Positions 1 through 7,373 of a DNA stretch of 32,000 nucleotides are shown here, piece after piece. The number at the start of each line of letters is the position of its first letter. The stretch's first letter is position 1. The stretch lies in NCBI GenBank assembly GCA_016700135.1, contig CP065004.1:900001-932000 (forward strand), given 5' to 3'. The position numbers and the translations under genes are program-made. The notes beneath the pieces were generated by a model. That model was not told the DNA's origin, made no database searches, and saw only the letters and a program-made list of their open reading frames with translations. The stretch comes from Candidatus Saccharimonadota bacterium (GTDB lineage: Bacteria > Patescibacteriota > Microgenomatia > UBA1406 > GWC2-37-13).

Positions 1-467
1 ATTACTATATAAAAATTGTAAGGATCAGAATAACGAAGTACTTTGTTACGAATAAACTTTGCTAAAGATTCTTTATCTATTGACTGACGATATCTTTTTA
101 GTTCAAATTCAAATATTCCTTCTGGAGTTTTAACTAGAATATCTGGTGGGTCTGTTTTCTGTTCTTTTAGATCCTCAAATGAGGTGATTTCTGTTTGGTT
201 TAGGCGAAATGAGTCTTTTAAGTAAAAACCGAATTCACAATCATTATTAAATTCTTGTGTAAGTCCAAATATAGCTATCCACAACTCATGCTTATCTCTG
301 TCATTTGCACTAGAGGCCATTATCTGTTTTATATCTTGTTCTCGATCTTTTACCTCTTTTCTAAATATGTGAACTATTGATTCTATATCCGATGACAGTA
401 CTAAATTTAGAATATCTTTACTACTGAACCAGACCATAAGTCTTTGCTTATATTTTTGGAATTTCAT
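1..467 (-). CDS. hypothetical protein, partial (3' end beyond the left window edge); possible PD-(D/E)xK nuclease-like motif
   Basis: Absent from the ORF track because it runs off the edge. ATG at 467-465 on the minus strand. I checked every in-frame triplet down to position 3 and found no stop (155 codons: MKFQKYKQRLMVWF...TDPPDILVKTPEGIFEFELKRYRQ...DPYNFYIV). The region is visibly more AT-rich than the rest of the window. No family recognised. Confidence 0.5.
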   Translation of the reverse strand, partial: MKFQKYKQRLMVWFSSKDILNLVLSSDIESIVHIFRKEVKDREQDIKQIMASSANDRDKHELWIAIFGLTQEFNNDCEFGFYLKDSFRLNQTEITSFEDLKEQKTDPPDILVKTPEGIFEFELKRYRQSIDKESLAKFIRNKVLRYSDPYNFYIV

Positions 468-561
468 ATTCTTATTATAGTTGGTCCAAAATTTCGTATT
501 TATTGAGTCAGCGTCATTTGAAAATTTTGTCTCGCTACCTTTTCTGATACCATTTACGTAT

Positions 562-1029
562 ATGATCTCCAAACAGCATCTCTTTGAATTTGTCGATCGT
601 GCGGCGAAGGCGACGTATGCCGGTGGCGGCAGTTACGAAGAACATCCGGAGCGGCCGGGGTTTTTCGAGCTTGTGTATGAAGAATCTCCCCTTTCCTATC
701 GTGATAGTTACTCAGGACATGCCCGAAGCGGCGGTCAGGAGATTGTTCGTTACGAACAAAAACCGATCTGGTGGTCGGGATACGGAGGCGGGATGGTCGA
801 CGGGAAAGATGATCTTTCCGATCAGACATTCGAGTACCTGAAGAAAGCCCTTTCTCAGGATGAGGAAGGATTTGATTCACTGCGGGGGCCGCATGAATTC
901 ACGGATGGAGACTGGAAGTATACTTACACCCAGGAAGGCGATATCCATGATTTTTACGGCTATGAAGAGATATCCTACAAAGGCGAAAAAGTCTTCTGGC
1001 ATCGTGCGGTCGGTGGGATAGTGAGATAA
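562..1029 (+). CDS. DUF5680-like protein of unknown function
   Basis: The track ORF 481..1029 starts at TTG. The internal ATG at 562 gives MISKQHLFEFVDRAAKATYAGGG...YRDSYSG...GQEIV...KPIWWSGYGGG...LKKAL...LRGPHEF...FYGYEEISYKGEKVFWHRAVGGIV. This matches my recollection of the DUF5680 pattern (AKKATYAG / YxDxYxG / PxWxMNYxG / FxGxEEI / HGG). Confidence 0.55.
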   Translation: MISKQHLFEFVDRAAKATYAGGGSYEEHPERPGFFELVYEESPLSYRDSYSGHARSGGQEIVRYEQKPIWWSGYGGGMVDGKDDLSDQTFEYLKKALSQDEEGFDSLRGPHEFTDGDWKYTYTQEGDIHDFYGYEEISYKGEKVFWHRAVGGIVR

Positions 1030-1034
1030 CATCT

Positions 1035-1097
1035 GGATCCCCGGGTCAAGCCCGAGGATGACAGGAAAAGGGATTCCATGACTACGCTCGGAATGAC
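1035..1097 (-). repeat. GTCAT-type palindromic element, intergenic copy A (two units)
   Basis: GGATCCCCGGGTCAAGCCCGAGGATGAC (1035-1062; 9-bp stem with 1 mismatch around a TCAAG loop), followed by GGATTCCATGACTACGCTCGGAATGAC (1071-1097). Positions 1034-1067 are identical to 23614-23647. Confidence 0.75.
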
Positions 1098-1131
1098 AAT
1101 GCTATTTGCGACATGCTACAATGAAGGTAAG

Positions 1132-2553
1132 ATGACAGCGTTTTTTAAGAAATTTCATATCTGGATTCTTCTCATATCCGCATTCGCGATCCGTCTCATC
1201 CATCTCGATCAGTCACTCTGGCTTGATGAGGCCACTACCGCTGTCACGGTCCAAAGATATTCATTCTGGGAAATTGTTACACAGTTCTCCCCTGCCGATT
1301 TCCATCCGCCTCTCTATTATCTTTTCATGGACATATGGACATCATTTTTGGGCTATTCAGAAATTGCTCTCCGGATGCCAAGCGTGATATTCAGCGTGGC
1401 AGCAGGATATTTTGTATACAAAGCAGCACGGAGACTGTTTCCCGCCACGGAGCACGGACTCGGAGCGGCAGTGCTCAGCGCCGTCTTTTTCCTCTTCAAC
1501 CCCCTTATTGTCTATTATGCACAGGAAGCACGGATGTATGCATTTGTCACCTTCCTCGTTGCCGCCAACTTTTATTATCTTCTGACTCTCATGACACGGA
1601 AAGTCCCAAACAGTAGCCTTTACTTTCACCTCACTCTTGGTGCCATGTTTTTGACATTCTATGCCAGCATTTTCTACATCGGAGCAGTCATCCTCTATCT
1701 TCTCTATCACAAAAAATATCCGCTCCTTGTCTCGGCGGTCACCACTGTTCTGGCCAGTATCACCGTCGTCTTCCCGCTTCTTTATACGCAGTACACCGGC
1801 TCAAAAACGGCGCTTGAAGCCGTCAAAAACTGGTCATTGGTACTCGGTACCGTATCTCTGAAAAATATCATTCTCATCCCGATCAAATTCACCTCAGGGC
1901 GTATCAGTTTTGAACCGAAAGTTGTATATTATATTCTTGCAGGAGTATGGGCATTGTTATCGTTCTATCTTGCCTCTCTTCTTGTCATTCCGGACTTGAT
2001 CCGGAATCTAGTAAAAAAAAGAGCTGGATCCCAGGTCAAGCCTGGGATGACATTGGCGTATTTCTTCCTCACACCGCTCCTGCTCGGTACCGTATTTTCA
2101 TTCATTTCTCCGCTTTTGCAGTATTTCCGTTTCCAGTTCCTTCTTGTATTTTTGAGCATACTTCTGGGAGTATCGGCATCCAGGCTGAAATCTGATGTGT
2201 ATAAATATGCGATTGTAGCGGGATTTATCGCCTGGTCATTTCTTTATCTCCTTGTCCCTCAGTTCCATCGTGAGGACTGGAAGCTGCTGGCGCTTTCTCT
2301 GAAAAATGAAACAAAGCCCATATACATGATCGAGTCATCATCCGATCCTCTCACATACTATGCTGACTCAATCAGAACTAAGCCTCTACGGGACATTGTA
2401 TACGGCGAATATCAGGAAGAAGATATGATAGTCATACCGTACACTTCAGATATTCACGGCATAAATTATAGTATAATTCTACAAGGTAATAATCTATGTC
2501 GTGAAGTAGTTCCGTTTCGAGAGCTTACCTTCGAGAGATGGAAAAAATGCTAA
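1132..2553 (+). CDS. GT-C fold membrane glycosyltransferase (GT39/PMT_2/ArnT-like)
   Basis: Polytopic hydrophobic protein with a first-loop LWLDEATT motif and FHPPLYYLF, both typical of ArnT/PMT-like GT-C enzymes. Start moved from 1078 to the ATG at 1132 (MTAFFKKFHIWILL) because 1078-1131 lies inside repeat copy A. A weak GAAGGT sits 4 nt upstream. Confidence 0.75.
   Translation: MTAFFKKFHIWILLISAFAIRLIHLDQSLWLDEATTAVTVQRYSFWEIVTQFSPADFHPPLYYLFMDIWTSFLGYSEIALRMPSVIFSVAAGYFVYKAARRLFPATEHGLGAAVLSAVFFLFNPLIVYYAQEARMYAFVTFLVAANFYYLLTLMTRKVPNSSLYFHLTLGAMFLTFYASIFYIGAVILYLLYHKKYPLLVSAVTTVLASITVVFPLLYTQYTGSKTALEAVKNWSLVLGTVSLKNIILIPIKFTSGRISFEPKVVYYILAGVWALLSFYLASLLVIPDLIRNLVKKRAGSQVKPGMTLAYFFLTPLLLGTVFSFISPLLQYFRFQFLLVFLSILLGVSASRLKSDVYKYAIVAGFIAWSFLYLLVPQFHREDWKLLALSLKNETKPIYMIESSSDPLTYYADSIRTKPLRDIVYGEYQEEDMIVIPYTSDIHGINYSIILQGNNLCREVVPFRELTFERWKKC
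1984..2051 (+). repeat. GTCAT-type palindromic element, copy B, inserted in-frame in the GT-C gene
   Basis: GTCATTCCGGACTTGATCCGGAATC (perfect 8-bp stem ATTCCGGA/TCCGGAAT, loop CTTGA), then a 17-nt spacer, then GGATCCCAGGTCAAGCCTGGGATGAC in inverted orientation. It is translated as VIPDLIRNLVKKRAGSQVKPGMT between two hydrophobic segments. Confidence 0.8.
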
Positions 2554-2560
2554 TATGTAT

Positions 2561-3273
2561 GGCTCTAGACTAGCACATTAACAATTTGTAATAGTTCATT
2601 GTAAAGGATCGATGGGGATTTGCTCCATCTCCATTCACACTCTTTCAAGTGTAATGGAAAGTTTTTCTTACACCATTGAACTTAACGAGACGTCTTTTAC
2701 AAAAGGACCAGAATGACTCTATGCCATTGATATGGACCCCTTTTGTATTTGAGAACTCATTTTTCTTGTGATTGATTCTCAAATGTTTGTCATACCCGAC
2801 ATCAACAAGTCCGTTGTATCCGCTCCACGAATCTGAATATACAGTACTGTTCAAGTCAATCTTTCCCTTCATAACAGCATGTAGCGTTCTTCTTTTACAG
2901 TTTGGAATGATACGAGTAAATACACGTCCTTGACGCTCATATATCCCAAATACTACCTGCTTAAATGACGTCCCACGACCTCTTTTACTTGACTTGCCTC
3001 TCATCCTTCGAGGTCCAAAGTATGATTCATCAATTTCTATCTCACCACCAACATATCGTTGCATCTGGTGCACTTGGTGATGATATATGAGTTGACGAAT
3101 ATTATTGTAATATTTGTTGACTGTATTGCGGTTGAGACCCAAAATACCAGAGGTCTGTGTAGCACTCAGATCGTGTGCAAAACACCATAGTATCTTTTTC
3201 TCTTGTATTTTGATATCGGCCTATTGTTACAAACCATACCTCTAGTTTAGCACTACTCTGCTAGTCTAGAGCC
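2561..3273 (-). mobile_element. IS1595-family (IS1016-group-like) insertion sequence, 713 bp, decayed
   Basis: Perfect 15-bp terminal inverted repeats: GGCTCTAGACTAGCA at 2561-2575 and its reverse complement at 3259-3273. Flanked by a direct TATGTAT duplication at 2554-2560 and 3274-3280. Encodes an ISXO2-like DDE transposase. Size and TSD length fit the IS1016 group as I recall it. Confidence 0.85.
2565..3237 (-). pseudogene. IS1016/ISXO2-like transposase, disrupted by two apparent 1-nt deletions
   Basis: Main frame (track ORF 2645..3142) reads ...SATQTSGILGLNRNTVNKYYNNIRQLI...IDESYFG...GIESFWSFCKRRLVKFNG and is open upstream only to a TAG at 3223-3221, with no ATG. The only ATG (3237) lies in another frame (MVCNNRP...) that stops at 3168-3166. 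After the main-frame end ...KTFHYT*, the neighbouring frame reads KECEWRWSKSPSILYNELLQIVNVLV* with its stop at 2567-2565 inside the IR. Restoring one T in CATT(T)ACAC would give FHLHLKECEWRW. Confidence 0.75.
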
Positions 3274-3274
3274 T

Positions 3275-3865
3275 ATGTATATCGGATTCGAACACAAAGG
3301 CCCGTACTACACCATGCTCAGGACAGGAATAGAATCTTTTCGCTTCGGCGATCACCTGGACAGATATCAAACAGTATTCGGTACAGCAGCAACAATGCTT
3401 GATGCAGCTTCATTGCATGTAGCAAGCCTAAACGGCACAAGTCTCTCCCCTATTCACCGCATCGGGACGGCTGATTTCAAAGGAATAGTTCTGCCTGCTT
3501 TTTATACAACTTTTCCCTTTTCAGACAGACTCATTTTCAGAAGTATGGAAGGAACGGAGATCGGTTATGAAATGACCGCACGTCAGTACGGCGGTGCAAC
3601 CCGAGTGCACGTATTTGAGAAAGAAGATAAAAACAAGCGATTTGCAGGCTGGAGCATCGTTCGGGGAGATCTCTTTGTTGAGGCTTTTGATATCGGTGAG
3701 GAGGCCGGTGATGATCAGGCTCTTGATTGGGGTCTCAATCTGCTTGAAGGTATGACTGCAGCCAAACTTGCATTAAACGGCCTCGAAGATACAGCACTCT
3801 CTATCGATCCATCCCCTTTTGTTCCCACCAAACGGCCAAGACCTGTATCCCGACCGCGACGATAA
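3275..3865 (+). CDS. hypothetical protein (orphan)
   Basis: 196-aa ORF with no recognisable motif. Its ATG (3275) lies inside the IS target-site duplication. Before the insertion the junction with the GT-C gene would have read TAA-T-ATG, the same coupling seen at other operon junctions here. The 3' 65 nt overlap the convergent flippase gene. Confidence 0.45.
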   Translation: MYIGFEHKGPYYTMLRTGIESFRFGDHLDRYQTVFGTAATMLDAASLHVASLNGTSLSPIHRIGTADFKGIVLPAFYTTFPFSDRLIFRSMEGTEIGYEMTARQYGGATRVHVFEKEDKNKRFAGWSIVRGDLFVEAFDIGEEAGDDQALDWGLNLLEGMTAAKLALNGLEDTALSIDPSPFVPTKRPRPVSRPRR

Positions 3866-5081
3866 AAGCCAGTAAAATTGCAAGCGGCGGTCCGTACATC
3901 CCCTTCTGAGGAATCATAAGATACGATCCGACGCTAATAATCAGGAAAAACAGAATATTTGAAACCAGAATATACCCCGGCTTCTTCACGGTATACAACA
4001 AAAACAAATTCGGGATTGTCCCCAGGGCATTCAGGATAAACGGAAGGGCTAAAATATGGGTTATTGCCGCCGTTTCTTTGAAAGTGCCTGTAAATACCAG
4101 CTCAAAAATAAAATCCGGAGTAAAATAAAGAGCGATAAAAACGGTTGTCGGCAACAGCATATATACCAGTCCGGTTCTCATCTGCCTAAAGGCTTCTTTG
4201 CGGGTTTTAATCGTTGCAAATCGGGGCGAAAGCACCTGAGAAATGCTGACAATCGAGGCAATAATTGTCAGAATGATTTTTTGTGCCAGACCGTAGTATC
4301 CGACCTGTTCCCGCAATCCGAAGAAAGAAAGAAGGAAAAGATCCATCCGAAGTCCGAGATTGTAAAATTGAGATGCGACAAAATACTTCATCGTGTAGCT
4401 GAACTTAAACTCCTCTTTTCTGATCGGTGCTGCCTTCATTTCACGAGTCAATTTCTTGTTTCTCCAGAACATCAAGAGAAAAAATGTCAAAGGACCGAGT
4501 ACCCCGAAGGCAAAAATGACCATGCCTACATTGATTTTTCCGAAATATGCAATCAGCAGGACAAAAGCGGTTTTGATGATATTGGCGGCATTGATATAAA
4601 GATTGGCACGAAGAAACCGCTTGGCCGCAAATAAAATATTCGTCAGGAAGTTCTGCCAGATGAAAAGCAGGACGGATATGGCCGTCAGATACAGGTCTGC
4701 AATCGGTGCCCCTGTTTTAAAAAATACTTTGTCAAGCCAGGGGAAAAGCACAATTAGCGTCCCGATCACGACAAACGAAAACAAAGACTGAAAGAAGAAT
4801 GTACTTTTTATAAAGCTGTACATTTGCTTGTCATTTTTACCGTATAAAGACGGGACAGTCGAATAGATTGTTGCAGTAGTCCCGAACTCAAGCACATTTG
4901 CCAAAACATACGCAATTCCCAAAAGGACACTGAGTACTCCGTACTGTGAAGGTGAAAGGATACGGACAAGAATGAGAGCAAAAAAAGCGGTGAAACCGAC
5001 ATTCAGATAATTTCCGAGTGTATTGATGATGACATGCTGGCTTGTTGGATCCTTGAAGAAGGTCGTCGCATTTTTAATCAT
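3801..5081 (-). CDS. polysaccharide/oligosaccharide flippase, MOP superfamily (Wzx-like)
   Basis: 426 aa and highly hydrophobic along its length, consistent with a polytopic membrane protein. The N-terminus (INTLGNYLNVGFTAFFALILVRILSPSQYGVLSVLLG) is typical of Wzx / polysaccharide biosynthesis proteins. Confidence 0.65.
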   Translation of the reverse strand: MIKNATTFFKDPTSQHVIINTLGNYLNVGFTAFFALILVRILSPSQYGVLSVLLGIAYVLANVLEFGTTATIYSTVPSLYGKNDKQMYSFIKSTFFFQSLFSFVVIGTLIVLFPWLDKVFFKTGAPIADLYLTAISVLLFIWQNFLTNILFAAKRFLRANLYINAANIIKTAFVLLIAYFGKINVGMVIFAFGVLGPLTFFLLMFWRNKKLTREMKAAPIRKEEFKFSYTMKYFVASQFYNLGLRMDLFLLSFFGLREQVGYYGLAQKIILTIIASIVSISQVLSPRFATIKTRKEAFRQMRTGLVYMLLPTTVFIALYFTPDFIFELVFTGTFKETAAITHILALPFILNALGTIPNLFLLYTVKKPGYILVSNILFFLIISVGSYLMIPQKGMYGPPLAILLAFIVAVGIQVLAVWWEQKGMDR

Positions 5082-5120
5082 CCCCTCATTGTAGCACGAA
5101 ACAAATGTATTCTAACGGTT

Positions 5121-5864
5121 TTATGCAAGGTCACTATAGAATGTCGTTTTCGTATGATTGAGGAGAAAACTTGCCGGTATGTCTTCCGTCGGTGCTGATA
5201 ATCGCTGCAGCTTTTCAAACACTTCCTTTTTCTTCTCCCCTGTCACGATCATGACGATTTCTTTTGATTCGAGAATAGTGCCGATACCCATTGTCATTCC
5301 GTGTTCAGGTACTTTTTCCAAATCATCACCGAAGTATTTTTTGTTGGCTTCCCGGGTTTCGGGTGTGAGGTCAATTTGTCTGGTACGGGTGTCGCCGGCC
5401 GATCCCGGCTCGTTGAATCCGATGTGGCCGTTTATACCGAGTCCGAGAACCTGAAGATCCACACCGCCGGTCTTCTGAATCATCTTTTCATAAATCCTGC
5501 ATTCCATATCGGGATTCGGTGCTTCTCCGTTGAGGATGTGTCCGTTGGTTATCTCAAAACTCTGATTGAGATCATGAAGCGGTTTCCAGAAGCCGTGATA
5601 CATTTCCTGGAAGTAACTTTGGGGATGTCCCTGTCTGATCGGATAATATTCGTCTAAATTGAATGTGTGAAGTCCGGAAAGATCGAGATCTGATGTTCCG
5701 AGTTTTTGAATGAGTTTCTGATACATGAGACGGGGGCTTGCTCCGGTGGCCAGTCCGAGGACGAATGTGCCGGTCTCTCCTATTTTCTTCTGGATGATTT
5801 CAAAGATGTATTGGGCACTTTGTTCGGATAGTTCTTCGTGGGTTGAAAAGGTTTTGATGTTCAT
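5121..5864 (-). CDS. nagB: glucosamine-6-phosphate deaminase
   Basis: Motifs GLATGASP, FNLDEYY and GLGINGHIGFNEPGS match the NagB / 6-phosphogluconolactonase family signature. 247 aa. Confidence 0.85.
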   Translation of the reverse strand: MNIKTFSTHEELSEQSAQYIFEIIQKKIGETGTFVLGLATGASPRLMYQKLIQKLGTSDLDLSGLHTFNLDEYYPIRQGHPQSYFQEMYHGFWKPLHDLNQSFEITNGHILNGEAPNPDMECRIYEKMIQKTGGVDLQVLGLGINGHIGFNEPGSAGDTRTRQIDLTPETREANKKYFGDDLEKVPEHGMTMGIGTILESKEIVMIVTGEKKKEVFEKLQRLSAPTEDIPASFLLNHTKTTFYSDLA

Positions 5865-6038
5865 AAAATGGTTAAAAAATAAAAGATCGCTTGTAACCGA
5901 AAATTTGTTCAGAGTGTGTTTATCGGTATTCTCCCTTGATACCCTGTTTTCTTGGCTGCCGAAGGAGCCCTCCCTCTTGATAATCGGGGAATCCCTATGC
6001 AGCAGAAAAAGGGTATCTGCTGTCGAATACCATTGTTT

Positions 6039-6077
6039 GTCATCCTGAACTCTCCGCCAGTTGGCGGATCAGGATAC
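6039..6077 (+). repeat. GTCAT-type palindromic element, single-unit variant (copy C), intergenic
   Basis: GTCATCCTGAACTCTCCGCCAGTTGGCGGATCAGGATAC. The outer arms ATCCTGA/TCAGGAT enclose the perfect inner palindrome TCCGCCA..TGGCGGA. Confidence 0.6.
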
Positions 6078-6122
6078 ACTTCATTCACAAATTTTGATTA
6101 CTGTGCTCGCAAAAATCAGGTC

Positions 6123-7334
6123 TTACTCCCCGAATGATTTATAGGCCTTGATGTACATGGCCATGTTCCAGGACTGGTACGGGACACCGATCGGCGTGCC
6201 GAGTTGTCCGTGGAGGAATTCATTGAATTCCCAGTCATTGACTTTGTTGGCTTCTGCCAGTTTTTCAAGTTCTTTTGCTGCCGTTTCTTTGTTGTACTTC
6301 GCAAGCCAGGTGACCCAGAATCCGCCGACATACGGCCAGATTCCGGCATTGTGATACTGCCACGGATAATTTTGTCTTCCTTTTGACATATATGATCTCC
6401 AATCAGGTTCACCGGGATAGATCGGCGGATACATGACTTTGACGGGATATGGATTGTTTACACCGGATCGTATGACGAAATCAGTTATCTTTTCGGCCTG
6501 CTTTTCATCTGCGAGTCCTGTCAGACAGGCAAGGATATTTCCGTATGTCTCACAGCGCATTTCAAAAGAACGGTGTGATGAGTATCCGAGATAATACGGT
6601 AGATAAACTGCCTGGGCATTGGAGTATTCGATCATTGTAGATGCATACACCATTTCTGTGGAGTATCCGTTTGACGGCACGTAATTGGATCCGCGGTCAT
6701 CAGATTTATGCACCCACAGAAGGGTATTTACTCCTTCATGAATTTTTTTTGCAAGTTCCTGATAATCATTTCTTTTTTCAACCTCAACACGGAGTTTGAC
6801 AAGCCAGTACCAGAGGGCATTGGTATACAGGACGGTGCCCTGTCTCGGCATTTCATCATCCCAGCCGGCACATTCTCCCTGTTCCAAGAGTTTGTCATTG
6901 TTCGTATCCTGATAAATAAGCCAGTTGAAGGCTTTCTCTAACCGTTCTTTATGTTTATTGTAAAACTCCTGATCATCCGTTTTTTTGACATACTCCAAAA
7001 AAGCTATTGACCACCAGAGAGTGCCGTCAATAGTGCCCGGCATCCACCAGTGAATTTCATTTTTTTCGGGTACAAAATTTTGCGGAAACTGTCCTCTTTC
7101 GGACTGTGAAGGAAGCAGATTTTCCAAAGATTTCTTGGCAAGACCGATCAGTTCATCATTGTCCGAAGCGAGCATACCGAGCGTCGAAACACCGATATCA
7201 CGCGGGAAAAGTGATGCATAGGTGCCCTTTTCCATGTCTCCGACGGGTCTTGCCGCTGCCATTCCGTACTCAGTCTGATTCTGAAGAAGGTATTTTACTG
7301 AAAGTTCATATCCTGTTTGTGTGATATTTGTCAT
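6123..7334 (-). CDS. (alpha/alpha)6-barrel glycoside hydrolase, GH100 (neutral invertase)/GDE_C-like
   Basis: LFPRDIGVSTLGML, GWDDEMPRQGTVLYTNALWYW, and a C-terminal YHNAGIWPYVGGFW...WEFNEFLHGQLGTPIGVPYQSWNMAMY resemble the neutral-invertase / amylo-1,6-glucosidase C-domain pattern (YHNGGxWP ... QxWS). Substrate not determinable. Confidence 0.55.
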   Translation of the reverse strand: MTNITQTGYELSVKYLLQNQTEYGMAAARPVGDMEKGTYASLFPRDIGVSTLGMLASDNDELIGLAKKSLENLLPSQSERGQFPQNFVPEKNEIHWWMPGTIDGTLWWSIAFLEYVKKTDDQEFYNKHKERLEKAFNWLIYQDTNNDKLLEQGECAGWDDEMPRQGTVLYTNALWYWLVKLRVEVEKRNDYQELAKKIHEGVNTLLWVHKSDDRGSNYVPSNGYSTEMVYASTMIEYSNAQAVYLPYYLGYSSHRSFEMRCETYGNILACLTGLADEKQAEKITDFVIRSGVNNPYPVKVMYPPIYPGEPDWRSYMSKGRQNYPWQYHNAGIWPYVGGFWVTWLAKYNKETAAKELEKLAEANKVNDWEFNEFLHGQLGTPIGVPYQSWNMAMYIKAYKSFGE

Positions 7335-7373
7335 ATTTTTACAGAATACCCCGATTTTGTATGTAATTCAACA

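Noticed and set aside
481-561. N-terminal extensions given by the ORF track (481, 1078, 11977, 18167, 21649, 25964, 27654, 28876, 30955).
   Set aside because: The extensions start at TTG or far-upstream ATG codons. They overlap the preceding gene or a repeat element and encode non-protein-like sequence. Internal ATGs placed 1 nt after, or slightly overlapping, the upstream stop give N-termini typical of each family.
554-880. Antisense and alternative-frame ORFs nested inside longer genes. Examples: 554-880(-), 584-841(+), 1335-1710, 4056-4634(+), 5158-5657(+), 8162-8726, 11398-11775(+), 14189-14713(+), 15197-15964(+), 17265-18068(+), 18430-18866(+), 22978-23458, 28992-29414(+) and 31047-31753.
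   Set aside because: Each lies entirely within a longer ORF on the other strand or frame that has clear family motifs. Their translations are low-complexity or Arg/Ser/Cys-rich, as expected for shadow ORFs.
5950-5985. Possible small SRP (4.5S) RNA, because the reverse strand reads GGCAGCCAAG, similar to the E. coli 4.5S domain IV 3' side AGCAGCCAAGG.
   Set aside because: The apical hairpin would be C(UUCG)G rather than a GNRA loop. The conserved 5' side (GUCAGGUCCGGAAGGAAGCAGC-type) and the symmetric and asymmetric loops are absent. The resemblance is limited to about 9 nt.
5925-6031. Possible tRNA, given the 7-bp terminal stem GGTATTC/GAATACC followed by A.
   Set aside because: 107 nt is too long. 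There is no GTTCRAnYC T-loop, no D-arm GG and no plausible anticodon arm on either strand.
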